From assembly GCA_022452035.1 (NCBI GenBank), contig JAKURV010000005.1:19651-83650 (forward strand): DNA of 64,000 nt, in the 5' to 3' direction. A program made the translations under genes and the position numbers. The notes under the pieces were generated by a model. It saw nothing but the letters and a program-made list of their open reading frames with translations, did no database searches and was not told where the DNA came from. This document shows, piece after piece, positions 37,216 through 47,558 of the stretch (its first letter is position 1; each line of letters starts with the position of its first letter). The stretch comes from Acidimicrobiales bacterium. GTDB taxonomy: Bacteria; Actinomycetota; Acidimicrobiia; Acidimicrobiales; MedAcidi-G1.

Positions 37216-38753
37216 GCAATGCACCACGAGGCCGCCGTAGCGGCGGTAGCGCAGCCCGACAGGCACTCAGGGCGGAGGCCTCGACCGAGGTCCGTACGTT
37301 CCTGACCCGGACCATGGCCCCGTTCGAGGTGCTCTCCGTCGAGGGACTCGAGACCATCGAGCACAATGCCGACACGATCCTCGCCGAGATGGGCATCGAC
37401 TTCCGCGACTACCCGTCGGCCCTCACCCTGCTGGCCGACGCCGGGGCCGACGTGGACGGGGAACGGGTGCGGTTCCCCCGCGGCATGTGTCGACAGATCA
37501 TCCAGTCTTCGGCACCAGCGACCTACACCCAGCACGCCCGCAACCCGGTCCGTAACGTCCAGGTGGGGGGTGACGCCACCGTCCTCGTACCCGCCTACGG
37601 TTCACCGTTCGTCCACGACATCGACGAGGGTCGCCGGTACGCCACTCTGGAGGACTTCCGCAACTTCGTGAAACTGGCCTACCTAAGCCCGGGCCTCCAC
37701 CACTCGGGCGGCACGATCGTCGAGCCGGTGGACGTCCCGGTCTCCAAGCGGCACCTAGACATGGTGTACTCCCACCTCCGTTACAGCGATAAGCCGTTCA
37801 TGGGCTCGGTCACCGCGGCCGAGAGAGCCCAGGACTCCGTCGACCTGGCCGGGTTCGTGTTCGGCGAAGAGTTCGTCCGCCAGAACACCGTGATGACGAG
37901 CCTCATCAACGCCTCCTCGCCCATGTCCTGGGACGCCACCATGCTGGGAGCCGCTGAGACGTACGCCCGATCCAACCAGGCCACCATGATCAGCCCCTTC
38001 ATCCTGGCCGGAGCCATGGCACCCGTGACGGTGGCCGGCGTTGCGGCACAGACCCTGGCCGAGGCCCTGGCGGGCATGACGTTCGTCCAGTTGGTGAACC
38101 CCGGGGCGCCGATGGTGTTCGGTTCGTTCGCAAGCTCGATGTCGATGCAGACCGGTGCCCCTACGTTCGGAACGCCGGAACCGGCCCTGGTCCTGTACAC
38201 GGTCGCAGCCCTGGCCCGGCGCCTCGGTGTGCCGTTCCGTTCGGGGGGCAACCTCTGCGCCTCCAAGATCCCCGACGCCCAGGCCGCCGCGGAGTCCATG
38301 GCCACCTTCCTCCCCTCCCTGCTTGCCGGGGTGAACTTCATGCTCCACTCAGCGGGCTGGCTGGAGGGCGGCTTGGCCATGGGCTACGAGAAGTTCATCA
38401 TTGACGCAGACCAGTGCAACCTGGCCGCCACCTTCGTCAACGGTGTTGACCTCTCGGAGAACGGGCAGGCCATGAGTGCCATCGGCGAGGTGAGCCCCGG
38501 GGGGCACTTCCTGGGCACGGCCCACACGCTGGCCAACTTCGAGACGGCCTTCGCCCGATCCGAGGTGGCCAACAACGACTCCTTCGAACAGTGGGAGGAA
38601 GACGGGAGCCTCGACGCCGCCCAACGGGCCAACGGCATCTGGAAGAAGATGCTGGACGACTATGAGGCTCCGCCACTTGACGAGTCGGCCGACGAGGCGA
38701 TGCTGGACTTCATCGCCCGCCGCAAGGAGGTCATCCCCGACGAGTTCGGGTGA
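37212..38753 (+). CDS. MttB-family (trimethylamine methyltransferase superfamily) quaternary-amine:corrinoid methyltransferase, non-pyrrolysine
   Basis: 513 aa uninterrupted (no in-frame TAG). Length and layout match MttB/MtgB-type proteins. ATGA overlap with the activase gene. Confidence 0.8.
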   Translation: MSNAPRGRRSGGSAARQALRAEASTEVRTFLTRTMAPFEVLSVEGLETIEHNADTILAEMGIDFRDYPSALTLLADAGADVDGERVRFPRGMCRQIIQSSAPATYTQHARNPVRNVQVGGDATVLVPAYGSPFVHDIDEGRRYATLEDFRNFVKLAYLSPGLHHSGGTIVEPVDVPVSKRHLDMVYSHLRYSDKPFMGSVTAAERAQDSVDLAGFVFGEEFVRQNTVMTSLINASSPMSWDATMLGAAETYARSNQATMISPFILAGAMAPVTVAGVAAQTLAEALAGMTFVQLVNPGAPMVFGSFASSMSMQTGAPTFGTPEPALVLYTVAALARRLGVPFRSGGNLCASKIPDAQAAAESMATFLPSLLAGVNFMLHSAGWLEGGLAMGYEKFIIDADQCNLAATFVNGVDLSENGQAMSAIGEVSPGGHFLGTAHTLANFETAFARSEVANNDSFEQWEEDGSLDAAQRANGIWKKMLDDYEAPPLDESADEAMLDFIARRKEVIPDEFG

Positions 38754-38948
38754 GCCCGTAAGTCCCGATACCTCAGCGGATGAGGTTTCCTACCATTGGT
38801 GGTTCTTTCCACTCAGTAGAACCCGACGCCTCACCTGAGTACACTCACGCCGTCCCGGGCACATCAGCCTGCCCGCGTCGCGCTCTCCGGTCCGCACCCG
38901 CGGGTACCGGACCGGAACCCGGAAGATATAGAGACAGAGAAGAGAACA

Positions 38949-40646
38949 ATGTCGTTCCCCTCCGACCTAGAAATTGCCCGAGGCGCCGAACTGCGCCCCC
39001 TCACCGACATCGCGTCGGAAGCCGGAATCCCAACCGACTGCCTAGAGCCCTACGGCGAGGGCGCGGCCAAGATCAAGTTGGACGCCATCGGACGGATGGC
39101 CGACCGCCCGAAGGCCCGGTACGTGGTCGTCTCAGCCATCACCCCCACACCCCTGGGCGAGGGCAAGACCACGACGACCGTCGGCCTCGGCCAAGGCTTC
39201 AGTCACATCGGGAAAAAGGCCACCATCGCCATCCGCCAGCCCTCGATGGGCCCGACCTTTGGGATCAAGGGTGGGGCGGCCGGCGGCGGCTACAGCCAGG
39301 TCGTACCCATGGAGCTGTTCAACCTCCACCTAACCGGAGACATGCACGCCGTCACGGCGGCCCACAACATGTGCTCGGCCATGCTCGACGCCCACCTGTT
39401 CCACGGCAACGAGCTGGGACTGGACCTCCACAACATCACGTGGCGGCGGGTCATGGACATCAACGAGCGGGCGCTGCGCAACATCGTCGTCGGCCTGGGC
39501 GGCCGGCTAGATGGCGTGCCCCGCGAAACCGGCTTTGACATCACCGCCGCCTCCGAGGTCATGGCGGCCCTCGCCCTGTGCACCTCGCTGGCCGACCTGC
39601 GCCAACGAATGGGCCGAATCGTCGTCGGCTACGACAAGGCGGGCACTCCGGTCACCGCCGAGGACCTCGGCGTAGCCGGCTCGATGACGGTCATCCTCAA
39701 GGAAGCCATCAAGCCCAACCTGATGCAGACCCTGGAGGGCACTCCCGCCCTGGTCCACTGCGGCCCGTTCGGCAACATCGCCACCGGCAACTCGTCGATC
39801 GTGGCCGACCAGATCGGCATCCACACCGGTGACTTCCTGCTCACCGAGGCGGGTTTCGGCGCCGACATGGGCGCCGAGCGGTTCTTCAACATCAAGTGCC
39901 GCTATTCGGGCATCGCCCCCGACGCCGCTGTTCTGGTAGCCACCGTCCGCGGCCTGAAAGCCCACTCCGGCAACCACAAGATCGTGGCCGGTAAGCCGCT
40001 TCCCGAGGCCCTCCTGGCCGAAAATCCCGACGAGGTGCACCAGGGAGGCGACAACCTCCGCAAGCAGCTGGAGAACATGCAGGTCCATGGGGTGTCTCCG
40101 GTAGTGGCCATCAACGTGTTCCCTGGCGACCACGACGTCGACATCAACGCCATCAAGGAGATCGCCGACGAGTTCAACGCCCGGTCGGCGATCACCACCC
40201 ACTTCGCCGACGGCGGGTCGGGAGCCGCCGAGCTGGCCGAGGCGGTCGCCGAGGCGGCCGACGAGCCCAGCGACTTCCAGGTCCTGTATCCGGACGAGAT
40301 GTCGCTCCGGGACAAGATCCGCACCGTGGCCGAGAAGGTCTACGGTGCCGACGGCGTAGATTTCTCGCCGCAGGCCAACAAGCAGATCGACACGTACGAG
40401 GCCAACGGCTTCGGCAACCTACCGGTGTGCATCGCCAAGACGCACTTATCGATCAGTTCGAACGCCGCCCTCAAGGGCGCCCCAACTGGGTGGACGCTCC
40501 CCGTCCGCGAAGTCCGGGCCTCAGTGGGCGCCGGCTTCGTGTACCCGATCTGCGGTGACATGCGTACGATGCCCGGGCTGGGCGCCCGGCCGGGCGCCAT
40601 GGGTATTGACATCGACGAGAACGGTGAGATTGTCGGCCTGAGTTGA
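38949..40646 (+). CDS. fhs: formate--tetrahydrofolate ligase
   Basis: ITPTPLGEGKTTTTVGL, GGAAGGGYSQVVPME, PALVHCGPFGNIA. Confidence 0.95.
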   Translation: MSFPSDLEIARGAELRPLTDIASEAGIPTDCLEPYGEGAAKIKLDAIGRMADRPKARYVVVSAITPTPLGEGKTTTTVGLGQGFSHIGKKATIAIRQPSMGPTFGIKGGAAGGGYSQVVPMELFNLHLTGDMHAVTAAHNMCSAMLDAHLFHGNELGLDLHNITWRRVMDINERALRNIVVGLGGRLDGVPRETGFDITAASEVMAALALCTSLADLRQRMGRIVVGYDKAGTPVTAEDLGVAGSMTVILKEAIKPNLMQTLEGTPALVHCGPFGNIATGNSSIVADQIGIHTGDFLLTEAGFGADMGAERFFNIKCRYSGIAPDAAVLVATVRGLKAHSGNHKIVAGKPLPEALLAENPDEVHQGGDNLRKQLENMQVHGVSPVVAINVFPGDHDVDINAIKEIADEFNARSAITTHFADGGSGAAELAEAVAEAADEPSDFQVLYPDEMSLRDKIRTVAEKVYGADGVDFSPQANKQIDTYEANGFGNLPVCIAKTHLSISSNAALKGAPTGWTLPVREVRASVGAGFVYPICGDMRTMPGLGARPGAMGIDIDENGEIVGLS

Positions 40647-40750
40647 CCCTCCGCCGTCAACCGGGTCGCCGGTAACCGCCGGAGACCAACCCCACGGACC
40701 CACCGGTCGGCCCACGCCGAGCCGGCTCACATGCGAAAGGGGGGCTCTGC

Positions 40751-41611
40751 GTGGTCAACCGGAACCAGGCCGACAAGGCCGTCCAGAAGCGTCTGCTCGA
40801 GGGCATGACCTACGAGCTGATCCCACTCAAGAACCTGGCCGACCAGTCACAGCACTTGCCGGCAGGCGCCACCGTCTCGGTGACCTGCTCTCCGGCTAAA
40901 ACGGTCGACGACACCCTGGATCTGTGCGCCGGCTACGCCGAAAGGGGTTTCACGGTGATCCCCCACATCGCGGCCCGCATGGTGGAGGACGAGGGACACG
41001 TGGACCGAATCGTCCAACGGGTGAACGTCCTTGGTATCCGGACTGTGTTCTGCATCGGTGGCGACGCCGACCCCCTGGGCCCGTTCACTGACGCCGCTGG
41101 CTTCCTGCGTTCCTTCCTGGACCGCCGTCCCAACGTTGACGTAGTGGGTATCGGTTCCTATCCCGACGGCCACGCCACCATCCCCGACCGGGCTCTGGTG
41201 GACGCCCTGGTCGAGAAGCAGGAGCTGATCCGGGAGGCCGGTCTCGAGGGCTACATGGCCACCCAGATGTGCTTCGACGCCGACACCATCGGTGACTGGC
41301 TGGAAGGTCGTCGGGCCGCCGGTTTGGACCTGCCATGTCACCTCGGGGTGCCGGGGGCCGTCGACCGGGCGAGGTTGCTGGCCATCTCAATCCGGCTGGG
41401 CATAGGCCACTCGGTCCGCTACCTCAAAAAGAACAGGGCATCAGTGATCCGCCTACTGTCGCCCGGCGGCTATGACCCGAACAAGCTCATCGCCCCGCTC
41501 TCCTGTCGGGCTGACGAGTTGGGAATCTCCGGGATCCACTGCTTCACGTTCAACGCCGTGGACACCACCGAGAGCTGGCGCCAGAAGTCCCTGAGGAAGC
41601 TCGGGTCCTGA
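40751..41611 (+). CDS. metF: methylenetetrahydrofolate reductase
   Basis: YELIPLK...VSVTCSP...VIPHIAAR...FCIGGD...GSYPDGH MTHFR pattern. GTG start preceded by GAAAGGGGGG. Confidence 0.8.
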   Translation: MVNRNQADKAVQKRLLEGMTYELIPLKNLADQSQHLPAGATVSVTCSPAKTVDDTLDLCAGYAERGFTVIPHIAARMVEDEGHVDRIVQRVNVLGIRTVFCIGGDADPLGPFTDAAGFLRSFLDRRPNVDVVGIGSYPDGHATIPDRALVDALVEKQELIREAGLEGYMATQMCFDADTIGDWLEGRRAAGLDLPCHLGVPGAVDRARLLAISIRLGIGHSVRYLKKNRASVIRLLSPGGYDPNKLIAPLSCRADELGISGIHCFTFNAVDTTESWRQKSLRKLGS

Positions 41612-41664
41612 CCCTCACGGGGCCACGTAGCCCCGGTGGCCCGTCGTCAGGCAGGATTCCCGAC

Positions 41665-43818
41665 ATGCCATCTGGCTCCTCTCATCCGCTCCTGCTCTCC
41701 CCCGTCCGGGTGGGCCCCCTGGAGTTACGGAACCGGATCGTCCTACCGGCCATGGACCAGAACGTCTGTAACGACGGGCTGGTCACTGATCGCCTGGTGG
41801 TCCACTACGAGGAACGGTCCCGGGGAGGAGCCGGCCTGCTTGTGCTGGAGACCTCAGCCGTTTCCTACCCCCACGGAGCCACAGCCCGTCACCAGCCCGC
41901 CCTGTCTCATGACGGTGTGATCCCCGGGCTGCGGCGCCTAGGCGAGGCCGTCCACGCCCACGGTTCGAAGCTCGTCGTCCAGGCCAACCACCACGGCCGC
42001 ATCTCTGGGGTGGACACGGCCGAGGACCGGCCCTGCCTGGTGCCCAGCCTCCCGCTTCCTGACACCGACCCGATGTCGATCATGGCCGATACGACCATGG
42101 ACGAGCTGGTGGCCATGTCAACCCTCACCGGCGGCAAGATGCCCACCTACGCCGAGGCCACGGTTGAGGACCTGTCTGACGTGGTGGAAAAGTTCGCCGA
42201 CGCTGCGGTCCGCGTCCAAGCTGCTGGCCTCGACGGCCTGGAAATCCACGCCGGCCACGGCTACCTCCTGGACACCTTCCTCTCACCGGCCTGGAATAAA
42301 CGGACCGACCGGTACGGCGGCTCCGAGGAGAACCGGGCCCGCCTACTGGTCGAGGTCGTGGAGGCCGTCCGCGCGCGTTGTGGTCCCGGCTTCGCCATCC
42401 TGGTCCGCCTCAACGGTCGGGATGACGCCCTCGAGGGCGGGATCACGCCCGACCTCGCTGCCCGGTACGCCGCTGTGGCCGCCAACGCCGGTGCCGACGC
42501 CATCCACGTCACCGCCTACTCGTCGGTCACTGGCGGCCCCGGATTTACCGAAGGGCCACTGCCGTGGCGTCCGTGCCAGTACGAGGAGTTGGCCCGGACG
42601 GTGAAAGCCGCCGTGGACGTCCCGGTCATCGCCGTCGGGCGCATCCGGCCCGACGACGGCGAGCGGATCCTGGCCGACGGGGGCGCCGATCTGATCGCCA
42701 TGGGCCGCCAGTTGTTGGCCGACCCGCACCTACCGAACCGGCTGGCCGAGGGTCGCCCCGACCTGGTCCGCCCGTGCATCAACTGCTTTGTTTGCGTAGC
42801 CCAGAACTTCTGGTCGGCGGCTCCGGTGTGCGCGGTGAACGCCCAGTTGGGCCACCAGGATTGGCCCAAGCCGACGCCCGCTGCCCCACCCCGCCACGTA
42901 GTGGTAGTGGGGGGCGGACCAGGGGGCATGGAGGCGGCCCGGGTGGCCGCCGAACGGGGCCACAGAGTGACCCTGCTGGAGAGGGCCAACCACCTCGGCG
43001 GCACGGCCCGCTTCTCGTCACTGACCACACCACTGAACGGCGACCTGGTCCGGTGGATGGCAGCCGCCCTGGCCGAGGCCGACGTAGAGGTACGCACCGC
43101 CACAACGGCCACGCCGACAATGGTCGCCGCGTTGCGCCCGGATGCCGTGGTGGTGGCCACCGGTGCCGTCCGGGACCGCCCAAACGTGCCCGGAGTTGAC
43201 CTGCCGCATGTGCTTTCCGGCGACGACCTGCGCAGCCTTCTGACCGGTGAGGGAGGGGCCACCGACCAGCGGTCAGGGCCGCTTGTGCGCCTCGCGCTGA
43301 CCGTCGCGCGGGCCCTGGGCATGACCACCGACATGGACCGGGTCCGCGCCCTGTCCCGCCGGTGGATGCCCATCGGGCGACGCGTCGTAGTAGTGGGTGG
43401 CGGGCTTGTGGGTACCGAGCTGGCCGAGTTCCTAGTCGAGCGAGGACGATCGGTGACCGTCCTAGAGGAGGGCGACGACCTGGCCACCGAGATGGCACAC
43501 CCCCGACGCTGGCGGGCCCTCCACGAAGCCCGAGCCCACGGCGTGGACTTCCGCACTGGGACCCGCCTGGTGGCCGTCACCGCCGATGAGGTAATCGCCC
43601 ACACCGCGGCAACCGACGAAAAGGATGGCGACGAGGTGCGCTTCGGCGCCGACAGCGTGCTGCTGGCCGGCAGCGTTCAGCCGGACTCTTCGCTGGCTGG
43701 GGCCATCCGGACCGGCATCGGCGGCGACGTCGAGGTCCACGTGGTGGGTGATGCCGGAACGGTCGGCTACATCGAGGGGGCCATCCGCTCCGGATACGAG
43801 GTGGGTGTCGGCCTGTAG
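41665..43818 (+). CDS. FadH/OYE-like flavoprotein (FMN TIM barrel + 4Fe-4S + FAD/NAD(P)-binding domains)
   Basis: LRNRIVLPAMD...HHGR (OYE), CINCFVC...C cluster motif, VVVVGGGPGGMEAA and VVVVGGGLVGTELAEF dinucleotide folds. There is no Cys at the TMADH covalent-FMN position. Confidence 0.75.
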   Translation: MPSGSSHPLLLSPVRVGPLELRNRIVLPAMDQNVCNDGLVTDRLVVHYEERSRGGAGLLVLETSAVSYPHGATARHQPALSHDGVIPGLRRLGEAVHAHGSKLVVQANHHGRISGVDTAEDRPCLVPSLPLPDTDPMSIMADTTMDELVAMSTLTGGKMPTYAEATVEDLSDVVEKFADAAVRVQAAGLDGLEIHAGHGYLLDTFLSPAWNKRTDRYGGSEENRARLLVEVVEAVRARCGPGFAILVRLNGRDDALEGGITPDLAARYAAVAANAGADAIHVTAYSSVTGGPGFTEGPLPWRPCQYEELARTVKAAVDVPVIAVGRIRPDDGERILADGGADLIAMGRQLLADPHLPNRLAEGRPDLVRPCINCFVCVAQNFWSAAPVCAVNAQLGHQDWPKPTPAAPPRHVVVVGGGPGGMEAARVAAERGHRVTLLERANHLGGTARFSSLTTPLNGDLVRWMAAALAEADVEVRTATTATPTMVAALRPDAVVVATGAVRDRPNVPGVDLPHVLSGDDLRSLLTGEGGATDQRSGPLVRLALTVARALGMTTDMDRVRALSRRWMPIGRRVVVVGGGLVGTELAEFLVERGRSVTVLEEGDDLATEMAHPRRWRALHEARAHGVDFRTGTRLVAVTADEVIAHTAATDEKDGDEVRFGADSVLLAGSVQPDSSLAGAIRTGIGGDVEVHVVGDAGTVGYIEGAIRSGYEVGVGL

Positions 43819-43880
43819 ACCGGAGACGGGACCGACGCCCGCTTAGAGCCGGCCAGACGGCCATCGGTAGCGTCCGTCAT

Positions 43881-45104
<1,224 letters not shown>

Positions 45105-46781
45105 CCCGTAGTGCCGGTGGTGCCCCGGCCGGCTTGCCCGGACAGGCCACGGCGCAAAAAACAGCGCCAACCATGAAGGTGCACGTCAACATCGCCCAGA
45201 CGCGGCCGAATGCCGCTAGGCGCCCGAGGTGGAGCGAGGCGGTGAGCACTGCCACGGCAACCGCAACACCGACAGCGAATCCCAACGTGCTGAGGGTCCG
45301 CAGCATGGCGCTGGCCACCCCAAAGCGGGCCGGCGGCACATCCCGGAGGCCGAGGGAGGCGAAGGTGGCAAAGGAACACGACACCCCGATCCCTAGGCAG
45401 AGTTGGGCCGGCAGCATCGTGGTCGTCCACGACGACTCCACGGTGACACCCCACCACAGCCACGCGGGACAACAGGCAGCGGCTACCGAACCGATGACCA
45501 GGAGGGTCCGGTGCCCAACCCGGTCGGCAACCGAACCCACCGGCCCTCCCAGCAGGGCGGCGAAGGCCGGGCCGGGAACAACACCGAAGCCGGCGGCCAG
45601 CACCGACCATCCCCAGAGTTCCTGGAGCAACAACGTGTTGAACAAGATGGTGGCGATGAATGCGCTAGTGAAGAACACCTGGCCCAGGCCGGCCGACCAA
45701 AACGACCGAATCCGGACCAGGGAGAGGTCGATCAGCGGACTGGGATGGCGGGACGAGCGGACGAATAGAACCACGACCAGCATCAGGCCGACCCCCACCG
45801 TCGCCAGGGTTCGACCCGAGCCGTAGCCCCACCGTTCACCTTCCACCACACCGAGAAGCAGCAGGGCTATGCCGAGGGTCCCTGCTGGCACTCCCATCAG
45901 GTCGTAGCCACCCCGGGCATCGGGATCCCTGGTCTCTCGTACGAACCTCGGGGTGATGGCCAACAGCACCAGCCCAATGGGCACGTTGACCAGAAATATC
46001 CACCGCCAGGACGCCAGGTCGATGAGGATCGCCCCGAGCGATGGACCCACCGCCGCCCCAAGGGCCGCCGAGGCTCCCCAGATGCCGATCACCATGGAGC
46101 GTCGCTCCGGGGGGAACTCGGGCAGCACCATTGACATGGACGAGGGCCCCAGGATGGAACCCCCCACCCCCTGTAGAACCCGGGCCGAGACCAGCCACGT
46201 CACGCTCTCGGCCATCCCCGACAGGAAGGACCCGACAACGAACACCCCCACACCAATCATGAATAGGAGGCGACGGCCCTTCTGGTCGGCCAGGCGTCCA
46301 GCCAGCAGAAGGAAAGCCCCCACCGAGATGGAGTAGCCGGATAGCACCCAGGAAAGGCCGGCCTCCGAGGCCCCGAGGTCCCGCCGGATCGACGGGAAGG
46401 CCACGTTGACGATCGAGACGTCGATGACGGTCAGCAGAGCGGCCAGGGTGGAGACCCCTAGGGCAATCCACGCCCGCCGCTCCACCGGCGGCAACCCCTG
46501 GCTGGACGGCACCCGGACCTCCCATCGGGACCCGCCCCAGTGGCCGGCCCGGTGACCCCGCCGGACGCTAGGTCGTGTCACTATCCCCCAACGATGCGGG
46601 ACCACAACCCCGGACCTGATCCAGACGCACCTCAATGAGTGCGTTGGTCACCTCCCGTAGGCGGTCGTCGACCGTCTCAAGGTGACCAACAACGTCAGCC
46701 AGCGAAATCCGGGTGACTACCCCGACCCTGACCATGGCATCACGTTGGCCTCGCGGACGGAACTGACGACCCGGAGACCCA

Positions 46782-47402
46782 TCATCTTCGGCGGCGACGG
46801 TAGACCCAACCTGCTGGCTCGGGGTACCCGGCCCAGACACGGTGCCGGAATACCTGGAGCAGGGGACCGACCAGCAGGGCGAAGGCCAGCGTGCCGACCC
46901 CGTAGGACCCTCCGAGCGCTCCACCGACCACCAGGACAGTGATCTCGAGGGAAGTACGGGCGGCCCGGATGCTGAGGCCGGTGTCGACAAGTGCCGTCAT
47001 CAGGCCGTCTCGTACACCAGTTCCCAGGCCTGCCCCCAGGTAGAGCATGGAACCAAACGCAACGGCCAGCGGGGCCAAGACGACCAAAGCCCCCCTGACC
47101 GGCCACGCGCTCGGCGGTTCGACGACAGCCAACACAATGTTGACAGTGACCCCGATGATCACCACATTGGCCACCGTTGCCGGCCCGATGGGTTGGCGGA
47201 GCATGGCCACCAGACCCAGCAGAACAATCCCAAGGGTGATGATCACCGTCCCCGGCTGCCGACTAGCCAGGCCGGCCAGGGCGTCGTGTAGGACGTCCCA
47301 TGGACCGACACCTAGGTCGGCCAGGAACAGGGCGCCAATCCCAGCGCCAAACAGGACCAGGCCCACGAGGATTACCGCAGCCCGGATGGCCATCTCTCTC
47401 AT
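46782..47402 (-). CDS. YczE/YitT-like integral membrane protein
   Basis: 206 aa with 5-6 hydrophobic helices. LGVGPWDVLHDAL motif recalled from the YczE family. Confidence 0.55.
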   Translation of the reverse strand: MREMAIRAAVILVGLVLFGAGIGALFLADLGVGPWDVLHDALAGLASRQPGTVIITLGIVLLGLVAMLRQPIGPATVANVVIIGVTVNIVLAVVEPPSAWPVRGALVVLAPLAVAFGSMLYLGAGLGTGVRDGLMTALVDTGLSIRAARTSLEITVLVVGGALGGSYGVGTLAFALLVGPLLQVFRHRVWAGYPEPAGWVYRRRRR

Positions 47403-47558
47403 CAGGTCATTCTGATGTCCGCGTCACGAGACGAGCCTGATGGGGTGGGGTATGACGTCCGGAGCCGGGCGACCAGACCGAATGATGTCGGTCCGGCCGC
47501 CCAGAGCACCCGGAAGTTGGGGCAAGCGGAACAGAGGCACCGCCGCCCCTCTGAACAG

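Noticed and set aside
37212-38753. Possible pyrrolysine (in-frame TAG) in the MttB-family gene.
   Set aside because: The 513-aa ORF is uninterrupted and no pyl genes are visible. It is a non-Pyl family member.
38800-38900. ZTP (pfl) riboswitch in front of fhs (CCGUCCCGGGCA vaguely resembles CCGCCUGGGCA).
   Set aside because: The 5' GACUGGCG-type subdomain is not present and the 3' match is imperfect. It is left as an unclassified leader in the findings instead.
46568-46990. ORF 46568..46990(-) spanning the gap between the MFS and YczE-like genes.
   Set aside because: Most of it overlaps the YczE-like gene out of frame and is P/S/R-rich. Only the last ~50 codons fall in intergenic DNA, with no start or RBS there.
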